DNA of 64,000 nucleotides from Firmicutes bacterium CAG:194 (lineage in GTDB: Archaea; Thermoplasmatota; Thermoplasmata; Methanomassiliicoccales; Methanomethylophilaceae), in assembly GCA_963605395.1 (NCBI GenBank), contig CAVCVB010000002.1:7381-71380 (forward strand), read 5' to 3'. The stretch's first letter is position 1, and each line of letters opens with the position of its first letter. The notes under the pieces were generated by a model. It was given only the letters and a program-made list of their open reading frames with translations, had not been told where the DNA came from and ran no database searches. Both the position numbers and the translations under genes were made by a program. Positions 39,072-51,248 of this stretch are shown here, in pieces.

Positions 39072-39758
39072 TCAGAAGTTGCATCCCTTGGCCTTGAACT
39101 CGGGCTCCTTGACCTCTGCCGCAGGCTTCTGCAGAGATATGCCGGACTTCGCGTAGTAGCCCTGGCAGACCACGTAGACCTCGGACGAGGTGTCCCTGGA
39201 TGCATCGGGGGAATGGACCTTCACGGACTGGAACCTCTTCTCCAGCTCCTTGATGAGCGAATCGAACATGTCGCCCATGAACACCTTCATCACGAGCTTG
39301 CCCTCCTTCTTCAGGATGCGGTCGCAGACGTTCACCGCGAACATGCAGAGGTTGATCGACCTGGCGTGGTCCATCGAATAATGGCCGGCGATGTTCGGAG
39401 CCATGTCCGAGAGCACCACATCCGCCTTCCCGCCGAACCTGTCCATGAGCTCTATCATGGTGCTGTCGTGGGTGATGTCGCCGATGATTGTCTCCACTCC
39501 CTCAAGCGGCTTGATGTACCTCAGGTCCACGCCGATGACCTTCCCGTTGGGCCAGGTGCGCTCCTGCGCCACCTGCAGCCATCCGCCCGGGCAGGCTCCC
39601 AGGTCCACCACGTGGTCCCCGGGCTTGAAGATCCCGAAGCGGTTGTCGATCTGGATGAGCTTGAAGGATGCCCTGGAGCGGTAGTTCAGCTTCTTGGCGA
39701 GCTTGTAGTAGTGCTCGTTCCTCCTCTCAGCCACCCAACGGTCGTGGAGATCTGCCAT
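39072..39758 (-). CDS. rlmE: 23S rRNA Um2552 methyltransferase (FtsJ/RrmJ)
   Basis: YRSRASFKL, VDLGACPGGW, VLSDMAP, ASRDTSSEVY. Confidence 0.95.
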   Translation of the reverse strand: MADLHDRWVAERRNEHYYKLAKKLNYRSRASFKLIQIDNRFGIFKPGDHVVDLGACPGGWLQVAQERTWPNGKVIGVDLRYIKPLEGVETIIGDITHDSTMIELMDRFGGKADVVLSDMAPNIAGHYSMDHARSINLCMFAVNVCDRILKKEGKLVMKVFMGDMFDSLIKELEKRFQSVKVHSPDASRDTSSEVYVVCQGYYAKSGISLQKPAAEVKEPEFKAKGCNF

Positions 39759-39843
39759 GCTCCGCTGACAAACGTCCGTCCTTTTAAACTATATGATGGG
39801 AAGGAGCCGATACCTTTAATCCCGTGGTGGCAGGTCAAGGTCC

Positions 39844-41172
39844 ATGGACCTGTTCGAGTACACGCGCAAGGGAGTCCTCGAGAAGGAGGCGCCGCTGGCG
39901 AGCCGCATGCGCCCCCGGACCCTCGACGAGGTGGCCGGACAGGAGCACATCATCGGAGAGGACAAGCTCCTCTCCAGGGCCATCCGCGCGGACAGGATCG
40001 GATCGCTGATATTCTACGGCCCTCCCGGCACCGGGAAGACCACTCTGGCGCAGGTGATAGCCAACACCACCAGCTCCAGGTTCGTGCAGATAAACGCCAC
40101 CACCGCCGGGAAGAAGGACATGGAGGATGCCATCTCCAGGGCCAAGGACGCTCTCGGCATGGAGGAGCGCAGGACGATCCTGTTCGTGGACGAGATCCAC
40201 AGGTTCAACAAGGCCCAGCAGGACTACCTCCTGCCGTTCGTGGAGGACGGGACCGTGACGCTGATAGGGGCGACCACGGAGAACCCCTACTTCGAGGTGA
40301 ACCGCGCGCTCGTCTCCCGCTCCAGGATATTCGAGCTGAAGCCCCTGGGGAAGGACGACCTGAAGAAGGTCCTGACCAGGGCCGTCGCCGACAGGGAGAG
40401 GGGCCTGGGGAACATGGACGTGGTCCTCGAAGACGACGCCCTGGAGTTCCTGGCCGACATGGCCAACGGCGATGCCAGGGCCGCCCTGAACGCACTGGAG
40501 CTCGGGGCCCTGACCACATCCCCATCCGAAGACGGGAGGATCAGGATAACCGAGGCTGTGGCATCCGAATGCATCCAGAGGAGGATCCTCAACTACGACA
40601 GGGACGGGGACAACCACTACGACACCATCTCCGCCTTCATCAAGAGCATGCGCGGGTCCGACCCCGACGCCGCCGTCTACTACCTTGCGAGGATGCTCTA
40701 CGCCGGGGAGGACCCCCGCTTCATCTCCCGCAGGATCGTCATCTGCGCTTCCGAGGACGTGGGGAACGCGGACCCCAACGCCCTTGTTGTCGCGGTCTCC
40801 GCAGCGGAAGCCGTCGAACGGATCGGGATGCCCGAATCGCAGATCATCCTCTCCCAGGCCGCCGCATACATCGCCTGCGCCCCCAAGAGCAACTCCGCCA
40901 TCATGGCGATAGAGAAGGCCATGGCCTCCGTCAAGAGCGAGCCCACGGGAGGCATACCCCCGTACCTGAAGGACGCCCATTACAGCGGCGCGAAGGATCT
41001 CGGCAGGGGGCTGACGTACAAGTACCCCCACGACTTCGAGAACCACTACGTGGACCAGCAGTACCTGCCGGACGAGCTGGCCGGCCGCAGGTTCTACGAG
41101 ATGTCCGACAACGGGTACGAGAAGGGCATGAAGCTCTGGCTTAAGCGCATCGGCAAATACAGGGGCCGATGA
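39844..41172 (+). CDS. rarA: replication-associated recombination protein A (MgsA)
   Basis: PLASRMRP, GPPGTGKTT, DEIHRFNKAQQD, ATTENP, SAFIKSMRGSDPDA, PKSNS. Confidence 0.95.
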   Translation: MDLFEYTRKGVLEKEAPLASRMRPRTLDEVAGQEHIIGEDKLLSRAIRADRIGSLIFYGPPGTGKTTLAQVIANTTSSRFVQINATTAGKKDMEDAISRAKDALGMEERRTILFVDEIHRFNKAQQDYLLPFVEDGTVTLIGATTENPYFEVNRALVSRSRIFELKPLGKDDLKKVLTRAVADRERGLGNMDVVLEDDALEFLADMANGDARAALNALELGALTTSPSEDGRIRITEAVASECIQRRILNYDRDGDNHYDTISAFIKSMRGSDPDAAVYYLARMLYAGEDPRFISRRIVICASEDVGNADPNALVVAVSAAEAVERIGMPESQIILSQAAAYIACAPKSNSAIMAIEKAMASVKSEPTGGIPPYLKDAHYSGAKDLGRGLTYKYPHDFENHYVDQQYLPDELAGRRFYEMSDNGYEKGMKLWLKRIGKYRGR

Positions 41173-41217
41173 CCGATAGGGATAATACGGACGTGCATCA
41201 TCCAGAACACGATTGAG

Positions 41218-42234
41218 ATGAGCGGCTGGACCTACGCCAAATCCGGAGTGAACATTGACCAGAAATCAGAGGCCATCAAGGCCCTGGTAGACAAGGTCGG
41301 GTACAAGAGAGAGGGTATCGGACAGGCAGTCCGCATGTCCGGGCTCTTCGCCAGCCTCATCGACTTCGGCGACAGGTACATCACCATGGCCACCGACGGG
41401 GTCGGATCCAAGCTCCTCATCGCCGAGGAGCTCGACAAATGGGACACCATCGGGATCGACTGCATCGCGATGAACGTCAACGACACCATCTGCGTCAACG
41501 CCGAGCCCACTTCTTTCGTGGATTACATCGCCATCGACAAGCCCAACCCCCGCATCACCGAGGAGATCGGGATCGGCCTGGAGAAGGGAGCCGAGCTCTC
41601 CAACATGGAGATCGTCGGCGGGGAGATCGCGGTGCTCCCGGAGATCATCAACGGCGTGGACCTGTCGGGGACATGCCTCGGATACGTCGAGAAGGACAGG
41701 ATCATCACCGGGGACAAATGCGCCGAGGGAGACCTGATCATCGGGCTGAAATCGTCCGGTATCCACTCCAACGGGCTCACCCTCGCCAGGAAGGTCTGCG
41801 AGGCCAACAACGTCTCCATGGGGGACAAGGTCTCAGGGCTCCATTCCACCATGGGCCACGAGCTCCTGACGCCCACCGAGATCTACGTGAAGCAGGTGCT
41901 CGGCATCACCGCGGCCCACGAGGTCCACGGACTGGTGGACATCACTGGAGGAGGCCTCAGGAACATCCTCAGGATGAGGAAAGGCCTCCAGTACGTCATC
42001 GACGACCCCATCAAGCCCGCACCGGTGTTCAACGTCCTGCAGGAGCTGGGGCAGATCGAGACCAAGGAGATCTACCAGACCCTCAACATGAGCATGGGAT
42101 TCACGATGATCGCTCCCGCAGACGAGGCCGAGGCCATCGCGAAGGAGAACAGCAACGCTCAGATCGTCGGCCGTGTCCAGAAGGGAGACGGAGTGCTCCT
42201 GGAGTCCGAGGACATCCTGTACGACCACTATTGA
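41218..42234 (+). CDS. purM: phosphoribosylformylglycinamidine cyclo-ligase
   Basis: TYAKSGVNI, TDGVGSK, IDCIAMNVND, GGEIA, SSGIHSNG, ITGGG. Confidence 0.95.
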   Translation: MSGWTYAKSGVNIDQKSEAIKALVDKVGYKREGIGQAVRMSGLFASLIDFGDRYITMATDGVGSKLLIAEELDKWDTIGIDCIAMNVNDTICVNAEPTSFVDYIAIDKPNPRITEEIGIGLEKGAELSNMEIVGGEIAVLPEIINGVDLSGTCLGYVEKDRIITGDKCAEGDLIIGLKSSGIHSNGLTLARKVCEANNVSMGDKVSGLHSTMGHELLTPTEIYVKQVLGITAAHEVHGLVDITGGGLRNILRMRKGLQYVIDDPIKPAPVFNVLQELGQIETKEIYQTLNMSMGFTMIAPADEAEAIAKENSNAQIVGRVQKGDGVLLESEDILYDHY

Positions 42235-42246
42235 GAATTCGATATG

Positions 42247-42302
42247 AACGGCCCGAGGGCCGTTCTGTTTTTTCCTGAAAGGCGGGCCCTGCCCGCCGTT
42301 TT
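42247..42302. terminator. two hairpins between convergent purM and parvulin genes
   Basis: aacggccc-ga-gggccgtt plus T-run, and ggcggg-ccctg-cccgcc plus T-run. Confidence 0.55.
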
Positions 42303-42304
42303 AT

Positions 42305-42583
42305 TCATCTCTGCCCGTAGACGTAGATGAGGTGCCAGCCGAACTGGGTCTGGACGATCGTCATGTCCCCGGGGTTGTACGTGAAAGCCGCGTCCTCGAA
42401 GGGCTTGACCATCTGGCCGCGTCCGAACCATCCCAGGTCCCCGCCGCTCCTTCCGGAGGGGCATTTGGAGTACTGGGCTGCGAGCGTTGCGAAGTTCTCT
42501 CCCGCGTTGACCCTCCTCTGGAGGTCGAGGGCCTCCTGGTAGGTGTCGACGAGGATGTGCGAGCAGCGTGCCTGTCTTACCAT
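42305..42583 (-). CDS. ppiC: parvulin-type peptidyl-prolyl isomerase
   Basis: SHILV, FATLAAQYSKCPSG.SGGDLGWFGRGQMVKPFE, TQFGWHLI. Confidence 0.93.
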   Translation of the reverse strand: MVRQARCSHILVDTYQEALDLQRRVNAGENFATLAAQYSKCPSGRSGGDLGWFGRGQMVKPFEDAAFTYNPGDMTIVQTQFGWHLIYVYGQR

Positions 42584-42613
42584 GACATCCCGTAACTGTC
42601 GCAGTTATTAGTG

Positions 42614-43156
42614 TTATCGCAGGATCGTGCGGGCGTAGACCGCTCCGCACACCGCTCCGAGGGCGGTGCACGTCTCCAGGGAGAATCCGCCGGGAGTGAT
42701 GTCCAGGTTGTGCTTCGGGATGGATGCGGTCTTCTTGGGAACCCCGTGGGGGCCGATGCCGAACACCAGGAGCACGCTCTGCCCCCCGTCCACCATCTCC
42801 ATCAGGCGGTCCAGCGTGATGGCCTTGGACGGATCGGGCTTGCTGGTGGTAAGGATGGGCTCTCCGAGCTGCGGAGGGAAGCCCTTGTCGGGATAGGGGA
42901 ACTTCATGAACCTCCCCTTCTCGGCCAGCTCGCGGAAGTATCCTCCGTGGGCGCCGATGCTGGTCGTCCCTGCGATCCATTCCGCCACCTCCACGGGCGT
43001 GCGGGTCTCCTCGGGGATCGGGAACCCGAAAAGCGCCAGGTTCATGTCGAAGGCCCTGGCCAGGTCACCAGCGCGGGCGATCGTGCGCCTGTGGGGCTCC
43101 CTGAAGTTCTGGTCGTAAGAGTTGTAGAGCCCTATCGTTATCCTTCCGCGTCCCAT
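42614..43156 (-). CDS. DUF531-family protein (SPOUT-like)
   Basis: TIGLYNSYD..HRRTIARA, GFPPQLG, FGIGPHG, SLETCTA. Confidence 0.85.
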   Translation of the reverse strand: MGRGRITIGLYNSYDQNFREPHRRTIARAGDLARAFDMNLALFGFPIPEETRTPVEVAEWIAGTTSIGAHGGYFRELAEKGRFMKFPYPDKGFPPQLGEPILTTSKPDPSKAITLDRLMEMVDGGQSVLLVFGIGPHGVPKKTASIPKHNLDITPGGFSLETCTALGAVCGAVYARTILR

Positions 43157-43159
43157 ATG

Positions 43160-43321
43160 TCATCGCTTCCTGCGTGGATGGCCGACGATCGCGTATGCGT
43201 CGCCGTCCATGAATATCTCGTAATCGGGGTACTCCTTCTGCAGCCTCGCGATCTCGGCGATCACCTGCGACATGGTGAGGTCGGAGGTGCTTATGTCGAT
43301 GAATACACGGTCGGGCTCCAT
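43160..43321 (-). CDS. small hypothetical protein (53 aa, below the ORF-track cutoff)
   Basis: MEPDRVFIDISTSDLTMSQVIAEIARLQKEYPDYEIFMDGDAYAIVGHPRRKR*; strong GC3 bias; stop 3 nt before the DUF531 start. Confidence 0.75.
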   Translation of the reverse strand: MEPDRVFIDISTSDLTMSQVIAEIARLQKEYPDYEIFMDGDAYAIVGHPRRKR

Positions 43322-43354
43322 GAAGGGTCCTCTGAAGTGTCATAGGAGAAGGTA

Positions 43355-43430
43355 TGGTGCCGTGAGCCGGGCTCGAACCAGCGACTTCAAGATCTTCAGT
43401 CTTGCACTCTCCCAACTGAGTTACCACGGC
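43355..43430 (-). tRNA. tRNA-Phe(GAA), CCA encoded
   Basis: GCCGTGG acceptor, CAAGA-CTGAAGA-TCTTG arm, GGTTCGAGCC. Confidence 0.93.
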
Positions 43431-43495
43431 GTGATTCCTCCCTATAGACAGGTCCATTATAAAGATTGCGACGGGGCCAGCCGGCCCCGCCTGTT

Positions 43496-45967
43496 TCATT
43501 CGACGGGATCCTCGGGAGCGGACTCCTCGATCTCCTCTTCCTGCTCCTCGGTCATGATCGGCTGCATGGCGACCACCTTGTCCCCGTCCTTCAGGTTCAT
43601 GACCCTGACGCCCTTGGCGTTGCGCCCGGTCTCCCTGATGGAGTCGGTGTCGATGCGGATGATCATCCCCGACGAGGAGGTCAGCATGAGCTGGTCGCCG
43701 ACGTTGACCTTCCTGACGCTCACCACGTTGCCGTTGCGCTCGTCGGTCTTGATGGTGATCACTCCCTTCCCTCCGCGGCGGGTCATGCGGTAGTCGTCCA
43801 CGTCGGAGATCTTCCCGTACCCGTTCTCGGAGACGGTCAGCAGGCGGTCTCCCGGCTTCACCACGGCCATGGAAACGACCTTGTCGCCGGGGTTCAGGGT
43901 CATCCCCTTGACCCCCATGGTGTCCCTTCCGGTGGGGCGCGCGTCCGATTCCTCGAACCTCACGGCCTGACCTCCGGCGGAGGCGATGATGATGTTGTCG
44001 GAGCCGTCGGTGATGGCAGTCTCTATCAATTCGTCGCCTTCGTCCAGCTTGATGGCCTTGATGCCCTTGGACCTCACGTTGCCGTAAGCGGCGAGGCTTG
44101 TCTTCTTGAACAGGCCCGCCCTGGTGCAGAACACCAGGTACCTGTCCTCAGGGAACCCTGAGGCGCAGATGGTGTTGACCACCTTCTCGCCCTCCTCCAG
44201 GTCGGACAGGAGGTTGACGATCGGCTTGCCCTTGGACTGGGTGCTGCCCTCCGGGATCCTGTAGGCCTTCAGCCAATGCAGGCGCCCGTGGTTGGTGATG
44301 AACATCACGTAGTCGTGGGAGGACGTGACGAACATCGATGCGACGCTGTCCTCGTCCTTGGTCTGCATCCCTCTCCTTCCGGCGCCGCCGCGGTTCTGCT
44401 CCTTGTAGACGCTCAGCGGGATGCGCTTGATGTAGTTCTCAGCGGAGATGGTTATGACCACCTGCTCGCGGGGGATCAGGTCCTCCTCGTCGACGTCCAG
44501 GGCGTTGGGGTCGATGACCGTCCTCCTGTCGTCGCCGTAGGCCTCCTTCATCTCGTTGGTCTCGGCCTTGATGATGTCCAGGACCCTCTGCTCGTGGGCC
44601 AGGATGTCCCTCAGGTCGTCCATCTCGATCTTCAGGTCGTCGTACTCCTTCCTGATGGAGTTCAGCTCCAGGCCGGTCAGCTTCTGGAGCCTCATGTCCA
44701 GGATGGCCTTCGCCTGGTCGGAGTCGATGTCGAGAAGGGCCTGCAGGCCTGTGTTGGCCGCCTCTCCGTTCTCGGACTCCCTGATCAGGGCGATGGTCTC
44801 GTCCAGCATGTTGATGGCTTTCATCAGCCCCTCGAGGATGTGGAAGCGCTTCTCGGCCTGGGCCAGGTCGTACCTGGTCCTGCGGACGACGACGTCCTTC
44901 CTGTGGGCGATGTAGTGGGTGATGAGGGACTTCAGGCCCAGTGTGGTGGGCTTGTTGTTGACCAGGGCGATGTTGATGATCCCGTAGGTGATCTCCATGT
45001 TGGTCTTCTTGAACAGGTTCTCCAGCACCACTTCGGGGATGGCGTCCCTGTGGAGCTCGATGACGATCCTCATCCCGTGACGGTCCGATTCGTCACGGAG
45101 GTCCGTGATCCCCTCGATCTCCTTGTCCTTCACGCGCTCGGCGATCTGGAAGATGAGCTGGGACTTGTTGACCTGGTAGGGTATCTCGTCGACGATGATC
45201 CTGACCTTCCCGTTGTCCATGTCCTCGAAATGGGTGTTGGACCTGACCCTGAGCTTCCCGCGTCCGGTCTCGTAGGCGGAGCGTATGCCCGAGAGGCCGT
45301 AGATGGTGCCTCCGGTGGGGAAGTCGGGGCCTTTGATGAACTGCATCAGGTCCGAGAGCACGCAGTCGGGGTTGTCCACCGTGTAGACGATGGCGTCGCA
45401 CACCTCGCGCAGGTTGTGCGGGGGCATCTTGGTGGCCATTCCGACGGCGATACCGTCCGACCCGTTCACCAGCAGGTTCGGGAACTTCGACGGCAGGACG
45501 GTCGGCTCTTTCAGAGAGCCGTCGTAGTTGTCCATCATGTCGACGGTGTCCTTGTCCAGGTCAGCCAAGAGATCGCTGGCCACCTTGGACATCCTGGCCT
45601 CGGTGTAACGCATGGCCGCCGGCGGGTCCCCGTCCACGGAACCGAAGTTACCCTGCCCGTCCACCAGGGGGTACCTCAGGGAGAACGGCTGGGCCATCCT
45701 GACCATGGAGTCGTACGCCGCGGTGTCTCCATGCGGGTGGTACTTACCCAGGACCTCTCCCACCACTGTCGCGGACTTCTTGTGGGGCCTGTTGTAGACC
45801 AGTCCGAGCTCGGACATGGCGTACATGATCTTCCTGTGGACAGGCTTGAGGCCGTCCCTGACGTCAGGGAGCGCACGGCCGACGATGACGCTCATGGAGT
45901 AGTCGATGTACGAGCGGTGCATCTCCTTCTCGATGGGCTGCATTATGAGCTTCTTCTCTCCGTCCAT
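43496..45967 (-). CDS. gyrA: DNA gyrase subunit A
   Basis: [36 protein letters not shown], GyrA-box-like QNRGGAG. Confidence 0.97.
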   Translation of the reverse strand: MDGEKKLIMQPIEKEMHRSYIDYSMSVIVGRALPDVRDGLKPVHRKIMYAMSELGLVYNRPHKKSATVVGEVLGKYHPHGDTAAYDSMVRMAQPFSLRYPLVDGQGNFGSVDGDPPAAMRYTEARMSKVASDLLADLDKDTVDMMDNYDGSLKEPTVLPSKFPNLLVNGSDGIAVGMATKMPPHNLREVCDAIVYTVDNPDCVLSDLMQFIKGPDFPTGGTIYGLSGIRSAYETGRGKLRVRSNTHFEDMDNGKVRIIVDEIPYQVNKSQLIFQIAERVKDKEIEGITDLRDESDRHGMRIVIELHRDAIPEVVLENLFKKTNMEITYGIINIALVNNKPTTLGLKSLITHYIAHRKDVVVRRTRYDLAQAEKRFHILEGLMKAINMLDETIALIRESENGEAANTGLQALLDIDSDQAKAILDMRLQKLTGLELNSIRKEYDDLKIEMDDLRDILAHEQRVLDIIKAETNEMKEAYGDDRRTVIDPNALDVDEEDLIPREQVVITISAENYIKRIPLSVYKEQNRGGAGRRGMQTKDEDSVASMFVTSSHDYVMFITNHGRLHWLKAYRIPEGSTQSKGKPIVNLLSDLEEGEKVVNTICASGFPEDRYLVFCTRAGLFKKTSLAAYGNVRSKGIKAIKLDEGDELIETAITDGSDNIIIASAGGQAVRFEESDARPTGRDTMGVKGMTLNPGDKVVSMAVVKPGDRLLTVSENGYGKISDVDDYRMTRRGGKGVITIKTDERNGNVVSVRKVNVGDQLMLTSSSGMIIRIDTDSIRETGRNAKGVRVMNLKDGDKVVAMQPIMTEEQEEEIEESAPEDPVE

Positions 45968-45971
45968 GGTA

Positions 45972-47888
<1,917 letters not shown>

Positions 47889-48056
47889 CTATTGCTTCCC
47901 CTATAATATATTATTATATATACGCGCGCACGCGGGCGCACACGCGCGACTTGGGACGGACAGAACAGTGGCGTATGATACCTATTGAGTGCTTTTCACG
48001 ATCGGACAACGCCCCTTTGATACCGCGTTTTGTACCCCGCTTACCGTCTCCCGATC

Positions 48057-48271
48057 ATGACAATGGCTGCATTCTCGGCCAGGATGGACACGGAACTGAA
48101 GGATGAGTTCGAGAAGACGTGCTGGACACCCTCGTCGCCAGGTCCGCGCTCGTGAAAGGCTACGACGTCCGCAGATACGTGATCTGCTCCAAGGCAGGGT
48201 TCGAGGAGGGCCTGAAGAAGAGGGACGTGCTCCTCCTGACCCTCGGAGACATGCTGGAAGAGGCCATCTGA
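48057..48271 (+). pseudogene. chimeric remnant: RelB/DinJ antitoxin N-terminus joined out of frame to the C-terminus of an archaeal ATPase (DUF234-type)
   Basis: MTMAAFSARMDTELKDEFEKTC, then in another frame VLDTLVARSALVKGYDVRRYVICSKAGFEEGLKKRDVLLLTLGDMLEEAI*. Confidence 0.7.
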
Positions 48272-48318
48272 GATAGAATCTTAATAAGCGGTTCCAGCCA
48301 ATACAGGCACGATTCACA

Positions 48319-49617
48319 ATGAGCACCATCATGGACGTCGCGCGCAGAGGGGAGGTCACCCCTCTGATGAAGCAGATCGCAGAGAAGGAGAAGGTCAGCC
48401 CCGAGTTCATCAGGAACGGGATCGCGTCCGGCCGCATATGCGCCCCCCACAACCCCGTCCACGGCGCCGAGCCGGCGGCCATCGGAGAAGGACTGTCCGT
48501 GAAGATCAACGTCAACCTCGGCACGTCCAGGGACATCGTGGACCTGGATGCCGAGATGGAGAAGCTGAAGGTCGCCGTGAAGTACGGCGCCGACGCGGTC
48601 ATGGACCTGAGCACCGGCGGCGACATCGACGCCATAAGGGCCAAGCTCCTGAAGGAGTGCCCCGTCATGATGGGCTCCGTCCCGATCTACCAGACCGGCC
48701 TCACGGCCGCCAGGAAGAACGCCGTGGTCGAGATGACCGAGGACGACATCTTCAACGGCATCGAGAAGCACGCCAAGGACGGGATGGACTTCATGACCGT
48801 CCACTGCGGCATCACCAGGGAGACCGTCAAGTGGCTCAGCAAGTCCCCCAGGCTCATGGACGTCGTGTCCAGGGGAGGATCGTTCCTCACGGCGTGGATC
48901 CTCCACAACGACGAGGAGAACCCCCTCTACAAGAACTACGACTACCTGCTCGAGATGGCCAGGAAGTACGAGTTCACCCTGTCGCTCGGAGACGGCTTCA
49001 GGCCCGGCTGCATCGACGACGCTTCCGACCAGGCGCAGCTCAGCGAGCTCATGACCCTGGGCCACCTGGTGGACCGCGCAAGGGAAGCCGGGGTCCAGAG
49101 CATGGTGGAGGGCCCCGGGCACGTCCCGCTGGACCAGGTCGCCATGAACATGAAGCTGGAGAAGCGCATGTGCCATGACGCGCCCTTCTACGTCCTCGGG
49201 CCTCTCGTCACCGACATAGCTCCGGGATACGACCACATCGTCGGCGCCATCGGCGGAGCCGTTGCCGCCCAGAACGGAGCGGACTTCCTCTGCTACCTCA
49301 CGCCCGCGGAGCACCTGTCCCTGCCCGACGTGGATGATGTCAGGGAAGGAGTGATCGCATCGAAGATCGCGGCCCATGTCGGGGACCTGTGCAGGGGCAT
49401 CGGCAGGGAGAGGGACACCGAGATGGCCAAGGCCAGGAAGAAGCTGGACTGGAGCACCATGTACAAGGTGTGCATCGACGAGGAGAAGGCCCGCAGGTAC
49501 AGGTGCAGGGGATGCACCGAGGAGAGCGAGGGCTGCTCCATGTGCGGAGACGTCTGCGCGATCAAGATCGTCAACACGTACATGAACAAGGACTCCGGGA
49601 AGGACATCGACTGCTGA
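48319..49617 (+). CDS. thiC: ThiC-family radical SAM enzyme (phosphomethylpyrimidine synthase or Bza-type paralog)
   Basis: KINVNLGTS, MDLSTGG, GSVPIYQ, VSRGGS, SLGDGFRPG, EGPGHVP, CSMCGDVC. Confidence 0.9.
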   Translation: MSTIMDVARRGEVTPLMKQIAEKEKVSPEFIRNGIASGRICAPHNPVHGAEPAAIGEGLSVKINVNLGTSRDIVDLDAEMEKLKVAVKYGADAVMDLSTGGDIDAIRAKLLKECPVMMGSVPIYQTGLTAARKNAVVEMTEDDIFNGIEKHAKDGMDFMTVHCGITRETVKWLSKSPRLMDVVSRGGSFLTAWILHNDEENPLYKNYDYLLEMARKYEFTLSLGDGFRPGCIDDASDQAQLSELMTLGHLVDRAREAGVQSMVEGPGHVPLDQVAMNMKLEKRMCHDAPFYVLGPLVTDIAPGYDHIVGAIGGAVAAQNGADFLCYLTPAEHLSLPDVDDVREGVIASKIAAHVGDLCRGIGRERDTEMAKARKKLDWSTMYKVCIDEEKARRYRCRGCTEESEGCSMCGDVCAIKIVNTYMNKDSGKDIDC

Positions 49618-49637
49618 CCCGGAATCCAGATCATTCT

Positions 49638-49662
49638 CCCGGCCGGAGACGGCCGGGCTTTT
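49638..49662 (+). terminator. hairpin plus T-tract after thiC
   Basis: cccggccg-gaga-cggccggg-ctttt. Confidence 0.6.
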
Positions 49663-50936
49663 CAATCCTTCAGCGACGTAACAGGCACCACATGGACCCC
49701 GTCGGGCCTGGTGAACGCCACGGGCGACTCCCCGCAGAGGACGCACAGGAACTCCGGCTTCCTCCATCCCTTGGACTCGACATAGTCCGCCATCCTCTTG
49801 AGGCTCTTGGCTCCCTCTTCGGACTTGTTGAGACGGGTCTTGACCTCGAAAGCCCCCCATCTTCCATCGGGCATCTCGACTATGGCATCAGCCTCGCGGC
49901 CCGTCGCATCGCGATAATGAAACACCGAGCCTCCGAGGCTCTCAGCATAGATCTTCAGGTCGCGGACGCAGAGCGATTCGAACATGAGCCCGTATGTCCT
50001 CGGATCGTCCAGCAGGCGGTCCTTCCCCAGGCCCAATGCGGCTATTGGCAGGGATGGATCGACGAGATGCCTCTTAGAAGACTTGCCCACACGGTCTGCC
50101 GCACGGACATTGGACGAGAACGCCGGCTGGTCATCGACAAGGAACAGCCTCTCCAGGGCATCGCGGTAGAGCGCGAGCGAAGGCGCGGACAGGCTGCTGT
50201 CGTCGTACTCCTGCATATCGTTCAAGATCGTCTCGTTGGATGCGGTCGTGCTCTCGTTGCGGGCCAGAGACCTCATGAGCATCCCCATCTTCCTGCTGTC
50301 GCGCCTCTTCCCGTCAATTGATGCTGCGTCCAGGACCGTGCGGCGCACATAGTCCCTGTTGACCTCCTCGGCCGATTCTGCCTTGGCACCTATCAGCCCG
50401 GGCCATCCGCCTCTGACCATCAGGCACGCTATATCGTCCAAGGTCACGTCATGGGGGTCGTTAACCACGGGGGCGCCGTCGAACATGCCTTTCAGAGACA
50501 CCGCCCCGTCGGAATCCCCCGATTCGTAAAGGGACATCGGACGCATGCGGACGACTCCGATGCGCCCCACGCCGCTATGGTGCATGTGCTTCTTCTCCGG
50601 AGACGACGAGCCTGTGAGGATGAAGCGCCCTTTCCCCGGGGAAGAATCTACCTCAGTCTTGACCGCATCCCAGAGCCTCGGTTCATCCTGCCATTCGTCG
50701 ACCAGGCGAGGCGTGTCGCCTTTCAGAACAGAATGAGGATTGGATGCGAGAGCGATCTTTTGCACATCAGACAATTCGGAGATGTTGACTTGGCTTCTCG
50801 CATATCTGAGGGACATCCATGTCTTCCCTGACCATCTGGGGCCTTCCACACATACTGCTCCGAAGGATTCCATCAGCAGATCCATGCGCCCTTCGATGAG
50901 ACGAGGCCTGTAACCGGGAGGTGTCAGTGATGCCAT
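49662..50936 (-). CDS. AAA_14/DUF4143 ATPase-nuclease (paralog of 37761..39065)
   Basis: YRPRLIE, EGPRWSGKT, LVDEWQ, FILTGS, RGGWP, KRHLVDPS, EADAIV..AFEVK; alternative start at 50948. Confidence 0.92.
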   Translation of the reverse strand: MASLTPPGYRPRLIEGRMDLLMESFGAVCVEGPRWSGKTWMSLRYARSQVNISELSDVQKIALASNPHSVLKGDTPRLVDEWQDEPRLWDAVKTEVDSSPGKGRFILTGSSSPEKKHMHHSGVGRIGVVRMRPMSLYESGDSDGAVSLKGMFDGAPVVNDPHDVTLDDIACLMVRGGWPGLIGAKAESAEEVNRDYVRRTVLDAASIDGKRRDSRKMGMLMRSLARNESTTASNETILNDMQEYDDSSLSAPSLALYRDALERLFLVDDQPAFSSNVRAADRVGKSSKRHLVDPSLPIAALGLGKDRLLDDPRTYGLMFESLCVRDLKIYAESLGGSVFHYRDATGREADAIVEMPDGRWGAFEVKTRLNKSEEGAKSLKRMADYVESKGWRKPEFLCVLCGESPVAFTRPDGVHVVPVTSLKD

Positions 50937-50967
50937 GTTTGGTATCATGCTATTGCAATTGATAAAC

Positions 50968-51032
50968 TTTTATGAATTTCTTAAATTATTTTTTAAGAAA
51001 ATCTGAAAGTTTGTTTTAAGAATTTCTTAAAT
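50968..51032. repeat. imperfect 23-bp-period tandem array upstream of the DUF4143 gene
   Basis: GAATTTCTTAAAT at 50974, GAAAATCTGAAAG at 50997, GAATTTCTTAAAT at 51020, each preceded by TTTTA(T/A). Confidence 0.8.
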
Positions 51033-51136
51033 CCATGCGCAGTCATGTCATAAACGGCAGATATCCGTACAAAATGCAATAATCCGTATCGAAATAGACA
51101 GTTATGAGCACAGAGTGCGGGCATCAGAATATTAAA

Positions 51137-51211
51137 TGGAGCCACTGGAGGGGATCGAACCCCCGGCCTACGGTTTACGAAACCGCCGCTCTACCGCTGA
51201 GCCACAGTGGC
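51137..51211 (-). tRNA. tRNA-Thr(CGT), CCA encoded
   Basis: GCCACTG acceptor, GCGGT-TTCGTAA-ACCGT arm, GGTTCGATCC. Confidence 0.92.
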
Positions 51212-51248
51212 GTTGGGACTCTGGAACGGTTTCCGATATAAAAAAGGG

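Noticed and set aside
48200..48318. TPP riboswitch upstream of thiC
   Set aside because: A CTGAGA occurs near 48268, but it overlaps the remnant's stop and no supporting aptamer stems or downstream conserved motif were found.
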